Shown: positions 20,265-30,809, numbered from the stretch's first letter. The stretch is 64,000 nt of DNA from Verrucomicrobiia bacterium (GCA_035545995.1 DASZXH010000081.1:582-64581); one strand, 5' to 3'. Program-made: numbers and translations. The notes: a model not told the origin generated them from the letters alone.

Positions 20265-20513
20265 ATGAGCCGTGACGATTACCGAAAACTCATCACCATA
20301 GACCCGCAACTGAGGAATGGAGAGCCTTGTATTCACGGCTGGCCAATCAAAGTTTATGAGGTTGTCAGTGAGGTTATCGGCGGGGCGACGTGGACGCAGC
20401 TTTCGGCCAAGTATCCGCAATTGCGGCGGGAAGACATTTTGGCGTGTTTGATATTTGCCGCCGAGCAACCGAAGCCATTATTTTTATTGCGCGATGAGGA
20501 CTTGTGGCCTTAA
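20265..20513 (+). CDS. DUF433 protein (module 1)
   Basis: ITIDPQLRNGEPCIHG...YPQLRREDILACLIFAA. Confidence 0.88.
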   Translation: MSRDDYRKLITIDPQLRNGEPCIHGWPIKVYEVVSEVIGGATWTQLSAKYPQLRREDILACLIFAAEQPKPLFLLRDEDLWP

Positions 20514-20527
20514 CCCGGAACAGGCTA

Positions 20528-20827
20528 TCAAATTTCAATTTTCTTGGCAATATCAGCAGGCAACGATTTTTTCTGTTTGGGATTTTTCTTCAAAACCGTT
20601 GCTCGCGCCTGCTTGGTCACATCAGCCAAATCAACGCCAATGCCATCGGCAATTCGTAATAAAAGTTCCATCGTCGGATTGCGCCGTCCCCGCTCCACCA
20701 AACTCAACATGGATTCAGAAACTCCGGAATTTTGCGCGACCACGTAATTGGAAAGTTTCCGGCGCAAACGTTCCTCGCGCAGGCAGCGGATAATTTCGGC
20801 ACGAACAGCTTCGTAATGGCTCGGCAC
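20528..20827 (-). CDS. XRE-family HTH regulator (module 2; GTG start assumed)
   Basis: LREERLRRKLSNYVVAQNSGVSESMLSLVERGRRNPTMELLLRIADGIG. Confidence 0.85.
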   Translation of the reverse strand: MPSHYEAVRAEIIRCLREERLRRKLSNYVVAQNSGVSESMLSLVERGRRNPTMELLLRIADGIGVDLADVTKQARATVLKKNPKQKKSLPADIAKKIEI

Positions 20828-20858
20828 AGGCACACGGCAACATGGCAGAAAAAATCGC

Positions 20859-20892
20859 TTGACCGATACTTTGCCATAGTCAAGTATCGTCG
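20859..20892 (+). promoter_or_regulatory. Probable operator/promoter of module 2
   Basis: TTGACC followed by inverted repeat CGATACTT-N10-AAGTATCG (20864-20889). Confidence 0.55.
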
Positions 20893-20927
20893 CCGGCGCA
20901 AAAGCCTGGCAATTGGGAAGGACAACA

Positions 20928-21152
20928 ATGCTACCCATAGATTTTCAGCGATACATTACCTATGACCCGCAAGTGAGAAATGGCGAACCGTGTATTCGTG
21001 GTTTGCCGATTACGGTTTTTGAAATTATCGGCCGGCTGGGAGCAGGTCGGACCTTTAATCAGATTTTAGCAGATTTTCCTCAGTTGACACGAGCTGATAT
21101 TATGGCATGCGTGGAGTTTGGTGAGCAGCAGTTTGGCGCATATTTAGATTGA
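20928..21152 (+). CDS. DUF433 protein (module 2)
   Basis: ITYDPQVRNGEPCIRGLPITVFEII...FPQLTRADIMACVEF. Confidence 0.88.
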   Translation: MLPIDFQRYITYDPQVRNGEPCIRGLPITVFEIIGRLGAGRTFNQILADFPQLTRADIMACVEFGEQQFGAYLD

Positions 21153-21281
21153 GTCAGATTTGAGAAAGTTTTGTTTATCTCGTGACCTAATACGGGAATA
21201 GGCTACAAAATTTCACGCCTTCCATATTTTCACCATTCTGAATTTGGCTAAAGAAGTGTTCTTTGCAAATAAAAATAATAA

Positions 21282-21307
21282 AAGCCGAAGTCTTTCGACT
21301 TCGGCTT
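21282..21307 (-). terminator. Rho-independent terminator after rpsG
   Basis: aagccgaagtc-tttc-gacttcggctt followed by a T-rich tract on the minus strand. Confidence 0.8.
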
Positions 21308-21324
21308 GATGTTTGAAAAAAATT

Positions 21325-21798
21325 TTACCAGCGGAAATGGGCAAATGCCTTGTTGGCTTGCGCCATTTTGTGAACTTCGTCGCGCTTGCGAATCGCGTTG
21401 CCCTGACCTTGATATGCTTCAAGAATCTCAGTGGCGAGCGCAGCCTTCATCGGCGTGCCTTTGCGGGCGTCCGCAAAATCAACAATCCAGCGCAACGCCA
21501 AAGCGTTCTGGCGATCAGTTGGAATTTCCATCGGCACTTGATAGGTGGCGCCACCAACGCGCCGAGCTTTGGTTTCAATGCGCGGCTTGGCGTTGTCCAC
21601 CGCGCGCTGCAAAATTTCAATCGGGTTGCTCGCCGGATTTTTTTCGGAAATGGAGTCGAACGCGCCGTAAACGATGCGTTGCGCGGTGCTTTTTTTGCCG
21701 GAAATCATCACGGTGTTGACCAACCGCGAAACCAAAGCGCTGTGGAATTTTCCATCTTTGGTCGCGGGTCTTTTAGTAGCTTGACGTCTGCGGGACAT
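21325..21798 (-). CDS. rpsG: 30S ribosomal protein S7
   Basis: MSRRRQA...RRVGGATYQVP...MAQANKAFAHFRW. Confidence 0.98.
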   Translation of the reverse strand: MSRRRQATKRPATKDGKFHSALVSRLVNTVMISGKKSTAQRIVYGAFDSISEKNPASNPIEILQRAVDNAKPRIETKARRVGGATYQVPMEIPTDRQNALALRWIVDFADARKGTPMKAALATEILEAYQGQGNAIRKRDEVHKMAQANKAFAHFRW

Positions 21799-21819
21799 GA
21801 TTATTGTTCGTTAAAAATT

Positions 21820-22218
21820 TTATTTGGCAGGAGCGGCGGCTTTGGCTTCTTTCGGGCGCTTGACACCATATTTGGAACGACTGACACGGCGTTTTTCCAC
21901 GCCGGCGGCGTCGAGCGTGCCGCGCACAATATGATAACGCACGCCGGGCAAATCTTTCACGCGTCCGCCGCGCACGAGCACGATGGAATGCTCCTGCAAA
22001 TTGTGGCCTTCGTCGGGAATGTAAGCGATGACTTCGTAACCGTTCGTCAGGCGAACCTTGGCAACCTTGCGCATGGCCGAATTCGGTTTCTTGGGCGTGC
22101 GGGTCATAACTTGAATACACACGCCGCGGCGAAACGGGGAATTTTCCAAGGCGGGCGACTTGGATTTATATTTCACTTTGCGTCGGCCTTTGCGAACGAG
22201 TTGATTGATTGTCGGCAT
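21820..22218 (-). CDS. rpsL: 30S ribosomal protein S12
   Basis: [12 protein letters not shown]...[11 protein letters not shown]...[12 protein letters not shown]. Confidence 0.98.
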   Translation of the reverse strand: MPTINQLVRKGRRKVKYKSKSPALENSPFRRGVCIQVMTRTPKKPNSAMRKVAKVRLTNGYEVIAYIPDEGHNLQEHSIVLVRGGRVKDLPGVRYHIVRGTLDAAGVEKRRVSRSKYGVKRPKEAKAAAPAK

Positions 22219-22628
22219 TTCGTTGTTAAAAAATTGAACGAAGATTTTATCAGGCGCGTTTTCAATCGCAACCATTTTCTGAAAGATTTTTTAATCGTCA
22301 CGCCGCCGGACGATTGCAAACTGCAATTCTCTTTTCGCGCCGGATTGCAAGTCGCATATCCTCATTCGGCCAATGTTTAAGCCGTTTATTTGCAGATGCA
22401 AGCAGACATTGCAAATCGTGCAAAATACGAAACAGGCACGCCGCAAGCTAGGAATTTTCAAACGAGAGGTCGGGCCAAACAGCAAATAAAAATAATTTTC
22501 GCCGGAATCCTTTCGTCCAATCAGAGAGATTTTATGGAGCGAGATCAAAGCCAAAATTTCTGCGCGGCAGAAAGCCGTTACGCAAATAAGATCTTGCTCG
22601 AATCCCAACCCGTTAAAGGAAGTTTCTC

Positions 22629-24899
22629 ATGACTGACGGTTTCCAAAGGAAATACCCCGTCAAATCTGACGGAAAAACCAATCAGGAAGGCCTGTTGGGG
22701 TGGCTCAAATCATGGGTTGTTTTTCACGTGCGGCCTTTGGATTCCTGGCCTAAAGTAGAGGAGCGTATGGCTCGACAACCCGGAAACCGGTTTTACAAGA
22801 CGGCAATGATCGCGTGGCTCGCGGTCTCTGTCGGCAGTGTGATTTTGGCGGCCGTGTGTTGGTTTCAATTGTTCACCTTGATTGACAGCCGCGCGGACAT
22901 CATGTCCTTCGGCAGTGAATTGGACAAGGTCCAGAATTCGTTGCTCGACGCCGAAAGAGGTGTGCGTGGATATGTCATCACAAAGGATAAAAGTTTTCTG
23001 CCGCCATTCAATTCCACCAAAGCCGAACTGCCAAAACATTTTGATCATTTGATTGAACTGGCGCATGACAATCCTCAATTGCTCAAAGGCATCACCAAGC
23101 TTCGCGGACAGGCGGAATTAAGCTTGAACTGGCAGCAGGACATCATTGACGCGCGCAGCCACACTTTCGACCGTGCGGCCACATTGATGGTTGATGGCGA
23201 CGGCAAGGACATCATGGACGGCATCAACGCCCAGATGAATGAACTGACGCAATTGTATTCCACTTTAAGTTTGGACGTGCGCGGGCAGATCAAAAGCCGT
23301 CTTCTGCGCGCCAGTTTGACCAGTCTTATTACCGGCGTCATCGGCATCGGCGCAGGCATATTGGCGCTTTGGCTGTCGGGCGTGACTTTGAAACATCAAT
23401 TGCGCGAACGCGAATTGGTCGAAGCGAAATTACAGGCCGAGCAAAGCAATCGGGAAAAGACGGTCTTCCTCGCCAACGTGAGCCATGAAATCCGCACGCC
23501 GATGAACGCCATTTTGGGATTCAGCGAATTGCTCGAAGGCGATTTGCGCGACCCGAAACACCGCCAGTATTTGCGCACCATCCGTTCCAGCGCCGGCTCA
23601 CTGCTGCAACTCATCAACGACATTCTCGACATGTCGAAAATCGAAGCCGGCGTGATGGAATTGAATCCCGAACCGACCGACCCGCGCGAACTTTGCGATT
23701 TCATCCGCACACTGTTTTCCGAACCGGCGGCTAAAAAAGGTCTCAAATTAGAGTGTCATATTGCCGAAGATTTGCCGCGCGCGCTGTTGATTGACCGTAT
23801 CCGTTTGCGCCAAATCTTGGTCAACCTCGTCGGCAATGCCGTTAAATTCACAGACACAGGCAGCGTTGAAACGCGCATATTTTGGGAACGCCGGCAAGCG
23901 GGTAGTCATGTTACACTCATCATCGAAGTTTTGGACACCGGTGTGGGCATTCCTCAAGACAGATTGGACGCGATTTTCAAACCATTTGTTCAAGCCGGCG
24001 CCCACCCGGAAAAGGAAAAACAAGGTTCGGGTCTCGGACTTTCCATCGTCAAACGTCTGGTCGAAACAATGGGCGGAACAGTGACCGTCTCAAGCATGAT
24101 GAGTCAGGGATCGGCTTTCCACCTCCGATTCCCCAACGTGCCGATTTCCGTGCGGCTTTCGTCCTCACAAAAATTGCTGCCCGACGGCGAAGTGGATTTC
24201 AACGAACTTCGCCCGGCTATTTTGCTGGTGGTGGACGACAACGAAACCAATTGCGACTTGATGGCGGGGATGTTCGCCGGTTCGCATCATCGTCTGGTTT
24301 TCGCGTCAAACGGCGAAGAGGCGATTCACAAGGCGCTCGAAATCAAGCCGGACGTGATTCTTTTGGATGTGCGAATGCCAGGCATCAGTGGCGGAGAAGT
24401 GCTGGCAAAAATCCGCGAATCCAACGGCCTTGAATTGATTCCCATCATTGCGGTCACCGCCTCAAGTTTGACGGACGAGGAAAGTTCGTTGAAAAAACAA
24501 TTCAGCGGTTATGTCCGCAAACCGTTTTCCAAACGCGAATTGTTTGAAGAACTCACCGAATTTTTACCACATTACCTCAAGGTTGAAAAGAATGGCCAGA
24601 ACCAAGCACAATCGCCGGAAAGTTCAAAAGATTTTGCTCCCGCGCCAAAAGAACTTGTTTCGCGATTGCGCCAACTGGAAGTTGAGCCGTGGCCTTCGCT
24701 CCGCGACAGCGTGGCCATCAACGAAAGCAAACTATTCGCCCGTGATTTGAAGGATTTGGGACGCAAATGGCACTGCCAGCCGCTGGTGATTTATGCGCAC
24801 ACTCTTTTGAATGACGCGGAAAATTACGCGGTCACGGATTTGGAGAAACATCTCGGCGAATTCGCCACGCTCGTTGAACAGCTCGACAACAAGTCGTGA
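22629..24899 (+). CDS. Hybrid sensor histidine kinase (CHASE3-HisKA-HATPase-REC); start may be downstream (about 22767)
   Basis: LLDAERGVRGYVIT (CHASE3), FLANVSHEIRTPMN, NLVGNAVKFT, GSGLGL, VVDDN...LLDVRMP. Confidence 0.92.
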   Translation: MTDGFQRKYPVKSDGKTNQEGLLGWLKSWVVFHVRPLDSWPKVEERMARQPGNRFYKTAMIAWLAVSVGSVILAAVCWFQLFTLIDSRADIMSFGSELDKVQNSLLDAERGVRGYVITKDKSFLPPFNSTKAELPKHFDHLIELAHDNPQLLKGITKLRGQAELSLNWQQDIIDARSHTFDRAATLMVDGDGKDIMDGINAQMNELTQLYSTLSLDVRGQIKSRLLRASLTSLITGVIGIGAGILALWLSGVTLKHQLRERELVEAKLQAEQSNREKTVFLANVSHEIRTPMNAILGFSELLEGDLRDPKHRQYLRTIRSSAGSLLQLINDILDMSKIEAGVMELNPEPTDPRELCDFIRTLFSEPAAKKGLKLECHIAEDLPRALLIDRIRLRQILVNLVGNAVKFTDTGSVETRIFWERRQAGSHVTLIIEVLDTGVGIPQDRLDAIFKPFVQAGAHPEKEKQGSGLGLSIVKRLVETMGGTVTVSSMMSQGSAFHLRFPNVPISVRLSSSQKLLPDGEVDFNELRPAILLVVDDNETNCDLMAGMFAGSHHRLVFASNGEEAIHKALEIKPDVILLDVRMPGISGGEVLAKIRESNGLELIPIIAVTASSLTDEESSLKKQFSGYVRKPFSKRELFEELTEFLPHYLKVEKNGQNQAQSPESSKDFAPAPKELVSRLRQLEVEPWPSLRDSVAINESKLFARDLKDLGRKWHCQPLVIYAHTLLNDAENYAVTDLEKHLGEFATLVEQLDNKS

Positions 24900-26101
24900 A
24901 CATGAATTCAAACAGTCAAACCGCTCTGCAACCGGAGCCAAATAACATTTTGCCCCTGCCCTCGCCAGCGCATTCACCGGCGCGCGTCTCACTCGATGAA
25001 ATCGGGCCGGCGCGAATTCTTGTGGTGGACGACCAGCCGCCGAACATCCAGATTCTTGGAACCGTTCTCGGGCAATTGGGACACGAAATCATTCCGGCGG
25101 CGGACGGCGCGACCGCCCTGAAACGCGTGGCGCTGCGGCGACCAGATTTGATTCTGCTCGATTTGTTGATGCCGGAAATGGACGGCTGCGAAGTCTGCCG
25201 TCAATTGAAGGCAAACGCCGAATGGAAAGATATTCCGGTGATTTTCCTGTCGGCTGCCGGCGACAAGGATTTGATTGTCCGCGCGTTCGACGCCGGCGGC
25301 GTGGATTACATCACCAAACCGTTCAATCAGGCGGAATTGATTTCGCGCGTGCGGACGCAATTGGCTTTGAAAAGCGCGCGTGACCAATTGGAGCAGTTGG
25401 CCGAGGACAAGGATGAATTGCTCGGCATTCTGGCGCACGATTTGAAAAATTATCTCGGCGGCATGAGCATGAGCGCCGAATTGTTGCACGGATACATCGA
25501 ACAATCCGACGATGGACGCCTCACCCGTTTGTCGGGAAATATCCTGCGTTCCAGTATGCAATTGCAGTCGTTCCTCAAGGAATTTTTGGCGAACGCTTCC
25601 GCGGATTACCGTTTTGCCCCAAAAATTGACCCCGTCAACCTTGTGGACATCGTCGCCGCCGTGGTGCAACAATACGAAGACGCGGCACGGCGCAAACAGT
25701 TGAAGATTTTGACCGATTTCCCGTCGGAAAAAACCATCACGGCGATGGCGGACGCTTCCGCGTTGGATCAGGTGCTGGACAATTTGCTGTCAAACGCGGT
25801 TAAGTTTTCGCCGTTGGGCAAGCGCATCTTTGTTCATGTTCACGAAAAAGACGGCAATTATGCCGAATGTGTCATTCGTGACGAAGGACCGGGTTTCACA
25901 GCCGAAGATAAAGTGCGTATGTTTCGTCGTTATGGCAGACTTTCGGCGCGACCGACCGGCGGAGAACCTTCCACAGGCTTAGGCTTGAGCATTGTGCGCA
26001 AATTGGCGCTGGCGATGCACGGCGAATTGATATGCGAGAGCAATCCGGGACACGGCGCGACGTTCATCATCCGTTTGCCGCGTCCCACGGCACAGCAATA
26101 A
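24896..26101 (+). CDS. Hybrid response regulator/histidine kinase (REC-HisKA-HATPase)
   Basis: ILVVDDQPPN, LLDLLMPEMDG, LAHDLKN, NLLSNAVKFS, STGLGL. Confidence 0.92.
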   Translation: MNMNSNSQTALQPEPNNILPLPSPAHSPARVSLDEIGPARILVVDDQPPNIQILGTVLGQLGHEIIPAADGATALKRVALRRPDLILLDLLMPEMDGCEVCRQLKANAEWKDIPVIFLSAAGDKDLIVRAFDAGGVDYITKPFNQAELISRVRTQLALKSARDQLEQLAEDKDELLGILAHDLKNYLGGMSMSAELLHGYIEQSDDGRLTRLSGNILRSSMQLQSFLKEFLANASADYRFAPKIDPVNLVDIVAAVVQQYEDAARRKQLKILTDFPSEKTITAMADASALDQVLDNLLSNAVKFSPLGKRIFVHVHEKDGNYAECVIRDEGPGFTAEDKVRMFRRYGRLSARPTGGEPSTGLGLSIVRKLALAMHGELICESNPGHGATFIIRLPRPTAQQ

Positions 26102-26107
26102 ATTTCT

Positions 26108-27472
26108 ATGGATTTTCTGGTCATTGACGACGACAAAACATTTCGCGACGCGACGTGCTTTCTGATTGAAGAAGCCGGCCATTACGCGGAAGGCGTGGAT
26201 TCCGGTCAAATGGGTTTAACCTGGTTGAAGGATGACAAATTTGACGCCGTGCTGCTGGATTTGAATCTTGGACGCGAAAACGGTTTGGACGTGCTCACCG
26301 AAATTCAAAAACGGCAGCCGCAAATTCCCATCGTCATGTTCACGGCGCAGGGAAATGTGAAAGTTGCCGTCGAAGCGATGCGGCGCGGCGCGGTGGACTT
26401 TCTCGAAAAACCATTTCAGCGCGAGCAGTTCATGACTGTGCTGGCGCGACTGCAACGCCTGCGCCAGATGAACCAGCGCATTGAGCGGCTGGAACAGGAA
26501 GTCACCGAAATCAAAACCCAGCGGCTCGAACCGATTTTCGACTTCACGACACCCGCCATGTGCGACGCGATGGAAATTTTGTCCCGCGCCGCCAAAACAC
26601 CAGCGTCCATTCTCATTCTCGGCGAAAGCGGCACGGGCAAAAGCATCGCCGCCCGCTCCGTTCACGAACGCAGCCATCTGGCCGACAAGCCCTTTGTGAC
26701 CGTCAGTTGCCCAAGCCTTTCAAAAGAATTGTTGGAGAGCGAATTGTTTGGACACGTGCGCGGCTCGTTCACCGGCGCGGTCAAAGACCATTGGGGTAAA
26801 GTCAAAGCCGCCGAAGGTGGAACTTTATTTCTTGATGAAATCGGCGACCTGCCGCTGGAAATTCAACCCAAACTGCTGCGATTGCTTCAGGAACATGAAT
26901 ACGAGCGGCTCGGCGAAAATACCGTGCGGCAATCTAATGTGCGCGTCATCGCCGCCACCAATCGCGATTTGAAAAAACGCGTCGCCAGTGGCGCGTTCCG
27001 CGAAGATTTATATTTCCGCCTCAACGTCATCAACGTCGAGATTCCACCGTTGCGCGCGTGTGCTGCCGATTTGGCTCGTCTGGCCGAACATTACGTGAAA
27101 TTCTTTGCCGCACAATGCGGACGAAAAATTGCCGGACTCTCTCCCGAAGCCACCGCTTGCATCCGTGCCTATTCCTGGCCGGGAAATCTGCGCGAACTCC
27201 GCAACGCCATCGAACGCGCCGTCATCATGACACAGCACGAACAACTTTTACCTGAAGATTTTCCGGCTGAATTACGCAGCCAAAATTTGAACGTGGCGGC
27301 AGGCGATCAAAATTCAGTCGAAATCGGCTCGTTGATTTCGCTTGAAAAACTGGAAGAAGTCCATTTACGCAAAATCCTGGAACGAACACCAAGCCTTACT
27401 GAAGCCGCAAACATTCTTGGAATTGACCAAGCCACTCTCTATCGCAAACGTAAAAAAATCGGATTGGAATAA
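26108..27472 (+). CDS. Sigma-54-dependent response regulator (NtrC family)
   Basis: REC, GESGTGKS, ESELFGHVRGSFTGA, FLDEIG, WPGNLREL, Fis-type HTH. Confidence 0.95.
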   Translation: MDFLVIDDDKTFRDATCFLIEEAGHYAEGVDSGQMGLTWLKDDKFDAVLLDLNLGRENGLDVLTEIQKRQPQIPIVMFTAQGNVKVAVEAMRRGAVDFLEKPFQREQFMTVLARLQRLRQMNQRIERLEQEVTEIKTQRLEPIFDFTTPAMCDAMEILSRAAKTPASILILGESGTGKSIAARSVHERSHLADKPFVTVSCPSLSKELLESELFGHVRGSFTGAVKDHWGKVKAAEGGTLFLDEIGDLPLEIQPKLLRLLQEHEYERLGENTVRQSNVRVIAATNRDLKKRVASGAFREDLYFRLNVINVEIPPLRACAADLARLAEHYVKFFAAQCGRKIAGLSPEATACIRAYSWPGNLRELRNAIERAVIMTQHEQLLPEDFPAELRSQNLNVAAGDQNSVEIGSLISLEKLEEVHLRKILERTPSLTEAANILGIDQATLYRKRKKIGLE

Positions 27473-27518
27473 ATTTAATAAAAACCCAACGGATTTATTG
27501 CCCTAAATCCGAAAGGAA

Positions 27519-28061
27519 TCACCCGCTGATTTTCTCGCCGAACCATTCTTTCGTGCGTTTGAAAGAATCTTTCAAATCGTCAAACGAGTCTTTGAATTTA
27601 CCCTTTGCCTTGTCCCAGTCCGCTTGCGACGACTTTTTTACATCATCCAATTTCTTGTCCAAATCAGCCCGTTTACCCTTTAATGCCTTCAATTTAGTTT
27701 GAGCGGTATCTCTGGTCGCATCACCGATATTTACCACCTTGTCCGATAATTGCTTAATCTTCCTGTCCATCACCGCTAAATCCCGCTTGGCCTTGGTCAC
27801 AAACTTGTCCTTTTCGTCGTAACTATAACCTGTCGTCGAATGAACCGATTGTTTCACGTCCGTCCATGCTTGCGTCGTGCCTGATTCAACCTTTGACCAT
27901 GTTTGTGTGCTGACCTGCTTGACATCCTGCCAAGCATTGCTCGTGCCCGATTTGAATTGCGAGACGAAGGTCACATTGGTTTCTTCCGATTTGGCGGATT
28001 GTCCGAAATAGGCCACCGCTCCCATGATGAAAACGAAAACAGGAAGAATTTTAACATTCAT
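27519..28061 (-). CDS. Secreted Lys-rich helical-repeat protein (stress-protein-like)
   Basis: Signal peptide; 11-residue repeats with periodic W (AWQDVKQ, TWSKVES, AWTDVKQ). Confidence 0.7.
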   Translation of the reverse strand: MNVKILPVFVFIMGAVAYFGQSAKSEETNVTFVSQFKSGTSNAWQDVKQVSTQTWSKVESGTTQAWTDVKQSVHSTTGYSYDEKDKFVTKAKRDLAVMDRKIKQLSDKVVNIGDATRDTAQTKLKALKGKRADLDKKLDDVKKSSQADWDKAKGKFKDSFDDLKDSFKRTKEWFGEKISG

Positions 28062-28111
28062 AATTCAATCAGCGTTGAGCCTCATTTGACAATTGGGCTG
28101 CAATGACAAAC

Positions 28112-28186
28112 TGGCAGCGCGTACGGGAATCGAACCCGTCTTTCAGCCTTGAGAGGGCCGTGTCCTGGCCGATAGACGAACGCGCC
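28112..28186 (-). tRNA. tRNA-Glu(CTC)
   Basis: GGCGCGTTCGTCTATCGGCCAGGACACGGCC-CTCTCAA-GGCTGAAAGACGGGTTCGATTCCCGTACGCGCTGCCA; cloverleaf, TTCGA loop, encoded CCA. Confidence 0.96.
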
Positions 28187-28391
28187 TTGTAAAGCCGAAT
28201 CCATCCTACGTTCAACCTGCAAAATGTCAATAAAACCAGCGGCCAATCTTCATCTTGCGTCGCCGGAAAACCCGTTTATCATGACAATAAATTTCAATCA
28301 AAGGCACACTGCCTGCTTGTTGATTTGTTCCCGAAACCAATCTGTTTTGGCGGTGTTTGAATTTGAGCCGGTGGACGGTATATTTTATTTG

Positions 28392-29156
28392 ATGAAACGT
28401 GTTGGAAAAATTGTAGTTTGCCTTGCGAGCGGACTGGCATTAAGTGCCAGCCTGTTTGCGGTTGAAGACACATCCACCAATAATCCTTACACTTTGATTC
28501 CTGCACGAAATGTTTTCGGTTTGAATCCGCCACAATTAGTCACCAATACTTCGACTATTGACCCGCCGGTGAAAATCACTCCAAATGGTATCATGACCAT
28601 CTCCGGGATGAAACAGGTTCTTTTCAAAGTCGCTGGCGTTGCAAAGCCCGGCGTGCCGGCAAAAGACGATTCTTACATCCTCGGCGAAGGCCAGCGGCAG
28701 GACGACATTGAAGTCACGCACATTGACGAAAAAAATGGCATCATCAGCTTCAACAATCACGGCGTCGCGCAACAACTTCCATTGGCTGCCGCACCCACCA
28801 TCACTGCACCAACGCCAGTAGCGGCTAGACCGGTGACCGTTAATACCACGAGTGGTAATATTCCCAACCCAAATGGCGGAAATGGAAATGCTGGAAATGG
28901 CCGTGGTTTTGGCCGTTTTGGCCGCAATCGCGACGGCAATACCGGCAATTCAAGCGGCGGAAACAATGGTTCCAATTTGCGCAACACGCCAACGCAGCAA
29001 CAAACACAACAGATTGACCCTGATACGCAAATGATCATGATGGAAGCCAACCGGCAATTGACGGCAGACCAAGTAAAGCGCGGAGAGCTACCACCTATTC
29101 CACCTACCGAACTTACACCATCCGATGCTCCGGGGTATACACCGCCAGCACCCTGA
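28392..29156 (+). CDS. Secreted hypothetical protein with Pro/Gly/Asn/Gln-rich tail
   Basis: Signal peptide; NPYTLIPARNVFGLNPP; low-complexity C-terminus. Confidence 0.75.
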   Translation: MKRVGKIVVCLASGLALSASLFAVEDTSTNNPYTLIPARNVFGLNPPQLVTNTSTIDPPVKITPNGIMTISGMKQVLFKVAGVAKPGVPAKDDSYILGEGQRQDDIEVTHIDEKNGIISFNNHGVAQQLPLAAAPTITAPTPVAARPVTVNTTSGNIPNPNGGNGNAGNGRGFGRFGRNRDGNTGNSSGGNNGSNLRNTPTQQQTQQIDPDTQMIMMEANRQLTADQVKRGELPPIPPTELTPSDAPGYTPPAP

Positions 29157-29264
29157 TAGCAAATCTGCTGCCGACTTTGTTCAACTTTTTTGAATCAGAA
29201 AAAACTAATTTGATCTTTCATTTGCGCAGCGAATGAACATGCCTATTGTTCCAACGTTATCATC

Positions 29265-30803
29265 ATGAAACATTCACGATTAGTTTCTCAAGGTTCTTTA
29301 AATCGTATGCTTCGAGAAGCTGATGATGCTTGGAAAAGATATGATTTCCCAGCCGCCATTGAGACCGTTAAGCGGGCCAGTCGATTAGACCCTTCAAACG
29401 CAAGATTACTGCTCAGCCTTGGTCGCATGTATGGGCTTCATTTTGATTACGCCACCGCTGAAAAATGTTTTGAACAGGCAGTCCGTGTAGCTATTCAAAA
29501 ATCTGAAACATTAACAATTGCGGGCCAATATAGCTATGATTTTGGTAATTATTCCATGGCTGAAAATTACCTCCGACGTGCTCTAAAAGAGAAAAATCTT
29601 CCCACAATTCTGGTCAAACTAGCCGAAGTTTTTGAACGACTCCGGCGGTCCGAAGAGGCAACTGACTTGGTTCAACAGGCTTTAAAAATAGATCCTGCGT
29701 GCGCTTCGGCATTACTCTCGAGCGCTCGACTCAATCGGCAGGCGAAACAACTTGAGACTGCAGAAACATTACTTCGAAATTTTCCGTCGAATGCCGACCC
29801 CGCTCTTCGTGCAAGCGCGGCATATCAACTCGGCGACATACTGGACCGTCAGGGACGATACAGTGAAGCTATGGCAGCGTTTTTCGAAGCCAAGGCCATG
29901 CTAAAACCTTTGGCCGCGCAACCCATAGCAGAATTGAAAGTGATGCGAGCCAGGATCAATCACCTTATAGCGAACATCTCTAGTGACAAATTAAAACAGT
30001 GGACCGCTATAGCTAATCTATTTCAGCCAATCCACAAAATAGTTTTGTTAGGTGGACACCCGCGTTCTGGCACTACTTTATTGGAGCAGGTTTTGGATTC
30101 GCACCCTGACATTATTTCGGCGGAAGAAACCGAAAACTTTTTTAACTATGCCTATGGCCCTCTTTTGCGCGGCCACTCCGATAATACGGCTATGTTTGAA
30201 GCGCTCACTGCAACTACTTTTAGCGCACTTCAACAAGCCCGGAAAAATTATTATTATGCCATGGAATCATCACTAGGGAAACCTCTCAACGAACGATTGT
30301 TGATTGATAAAAACCCCTCATACACTTTTTTGATTCCTGCGTTTATCCGCATCTTCCCGGAAACCAAGTTCTTGATCGCTTTGCGCGACCCGCGAGACGT
30401 GGTCCTGAGTTGTTTTATGCAAAATCTTCCACTCAACCAAGTTGGTGCCGCATATTTGACTCTGGAGAGCACTGCCGAAGAATACACCGCTTTGATGGGG
30501 GTGTGGCAAACCATTGTGCCTCTAATGTCCTCGCCTTTTCTTGAGATACGATACGAAGATATGGTGGAAAATCTCGAATCCGTCGCACGCAAAACTTTGG
30601 ATTTTTTGGGTATTTCGTGGAACACCCAAGTGCTGGGATTTGATGAACATGCGCGTAAAAGGACGGTTCGTTCTCCCACTTACGCCGACGTGACACAACC
30701 GGTCTACAAACGTGCCGTGGGTAGATGGCAACATTACCAAAAATATCTGGAGCCTTGCCTAACCAAACTGAAACCGTTTATAAAAGCATTTGGTTATGAA
30801 TAA
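29265..30803 (+). CDS. TPR-containing sulfotransferase, paralog 1
   Basis: N-terminal TPRs; 5'-PSB GHPRSGTTLLEQVL; DKNP; 3'-PB RDPRDVVLSCF; RYEDMV. Confidence 0.92.
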   Translation: MKHSRLVSQGSLNRMLREADDAWKRYDFPAAIETVKRASRLDPSNARLLLSLGRMYGLHFDYATAEKCFEQAVRVAIQKSETLTIAGQYSYDFGNYSMAENYLRRALKEKNLPTILVKLAEVFERLRRSEEATDLVQQALKIDPACASALLSSARLNRQAKQLETAETLLRNFPSNADPALRASAAYQLGDILDRQGRYSEAMAAFFEAKAMLKPLAAQPIAELKVMRARINHLIANISSDKLKQWTAIANLFQPIHKIVLLGGHPRSGTTLLEQVLDSHPDIISAEETENFFNYAYGPLLRGHSDNTAMFEALTATTFSALQQARKNYYYAMESSLGKPLNERLLIDKNPSYTFLIPAFIRIFPETKFLIALRDPRDVVLSCFMQNLPLNQVGAAYLTLESTAEEYTALMGVWQTIVPLMSSPFLEIRYEDMVENLESVARKTLDFLGISWNTQVLGFDEHARKRTVRSPTYADVTQPVYKRAVGRWQHYQKYLEPCLTKLKPFIKAFGYE

Positions 30804-30809
30804 CCGAAA

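Noticed and set aside
22600..28112. Genomic island integrated at the tRNA-Glu 3' end
   Set aside because: No duplicated tRNA 3' end or integrase seen, and the genes look host-like
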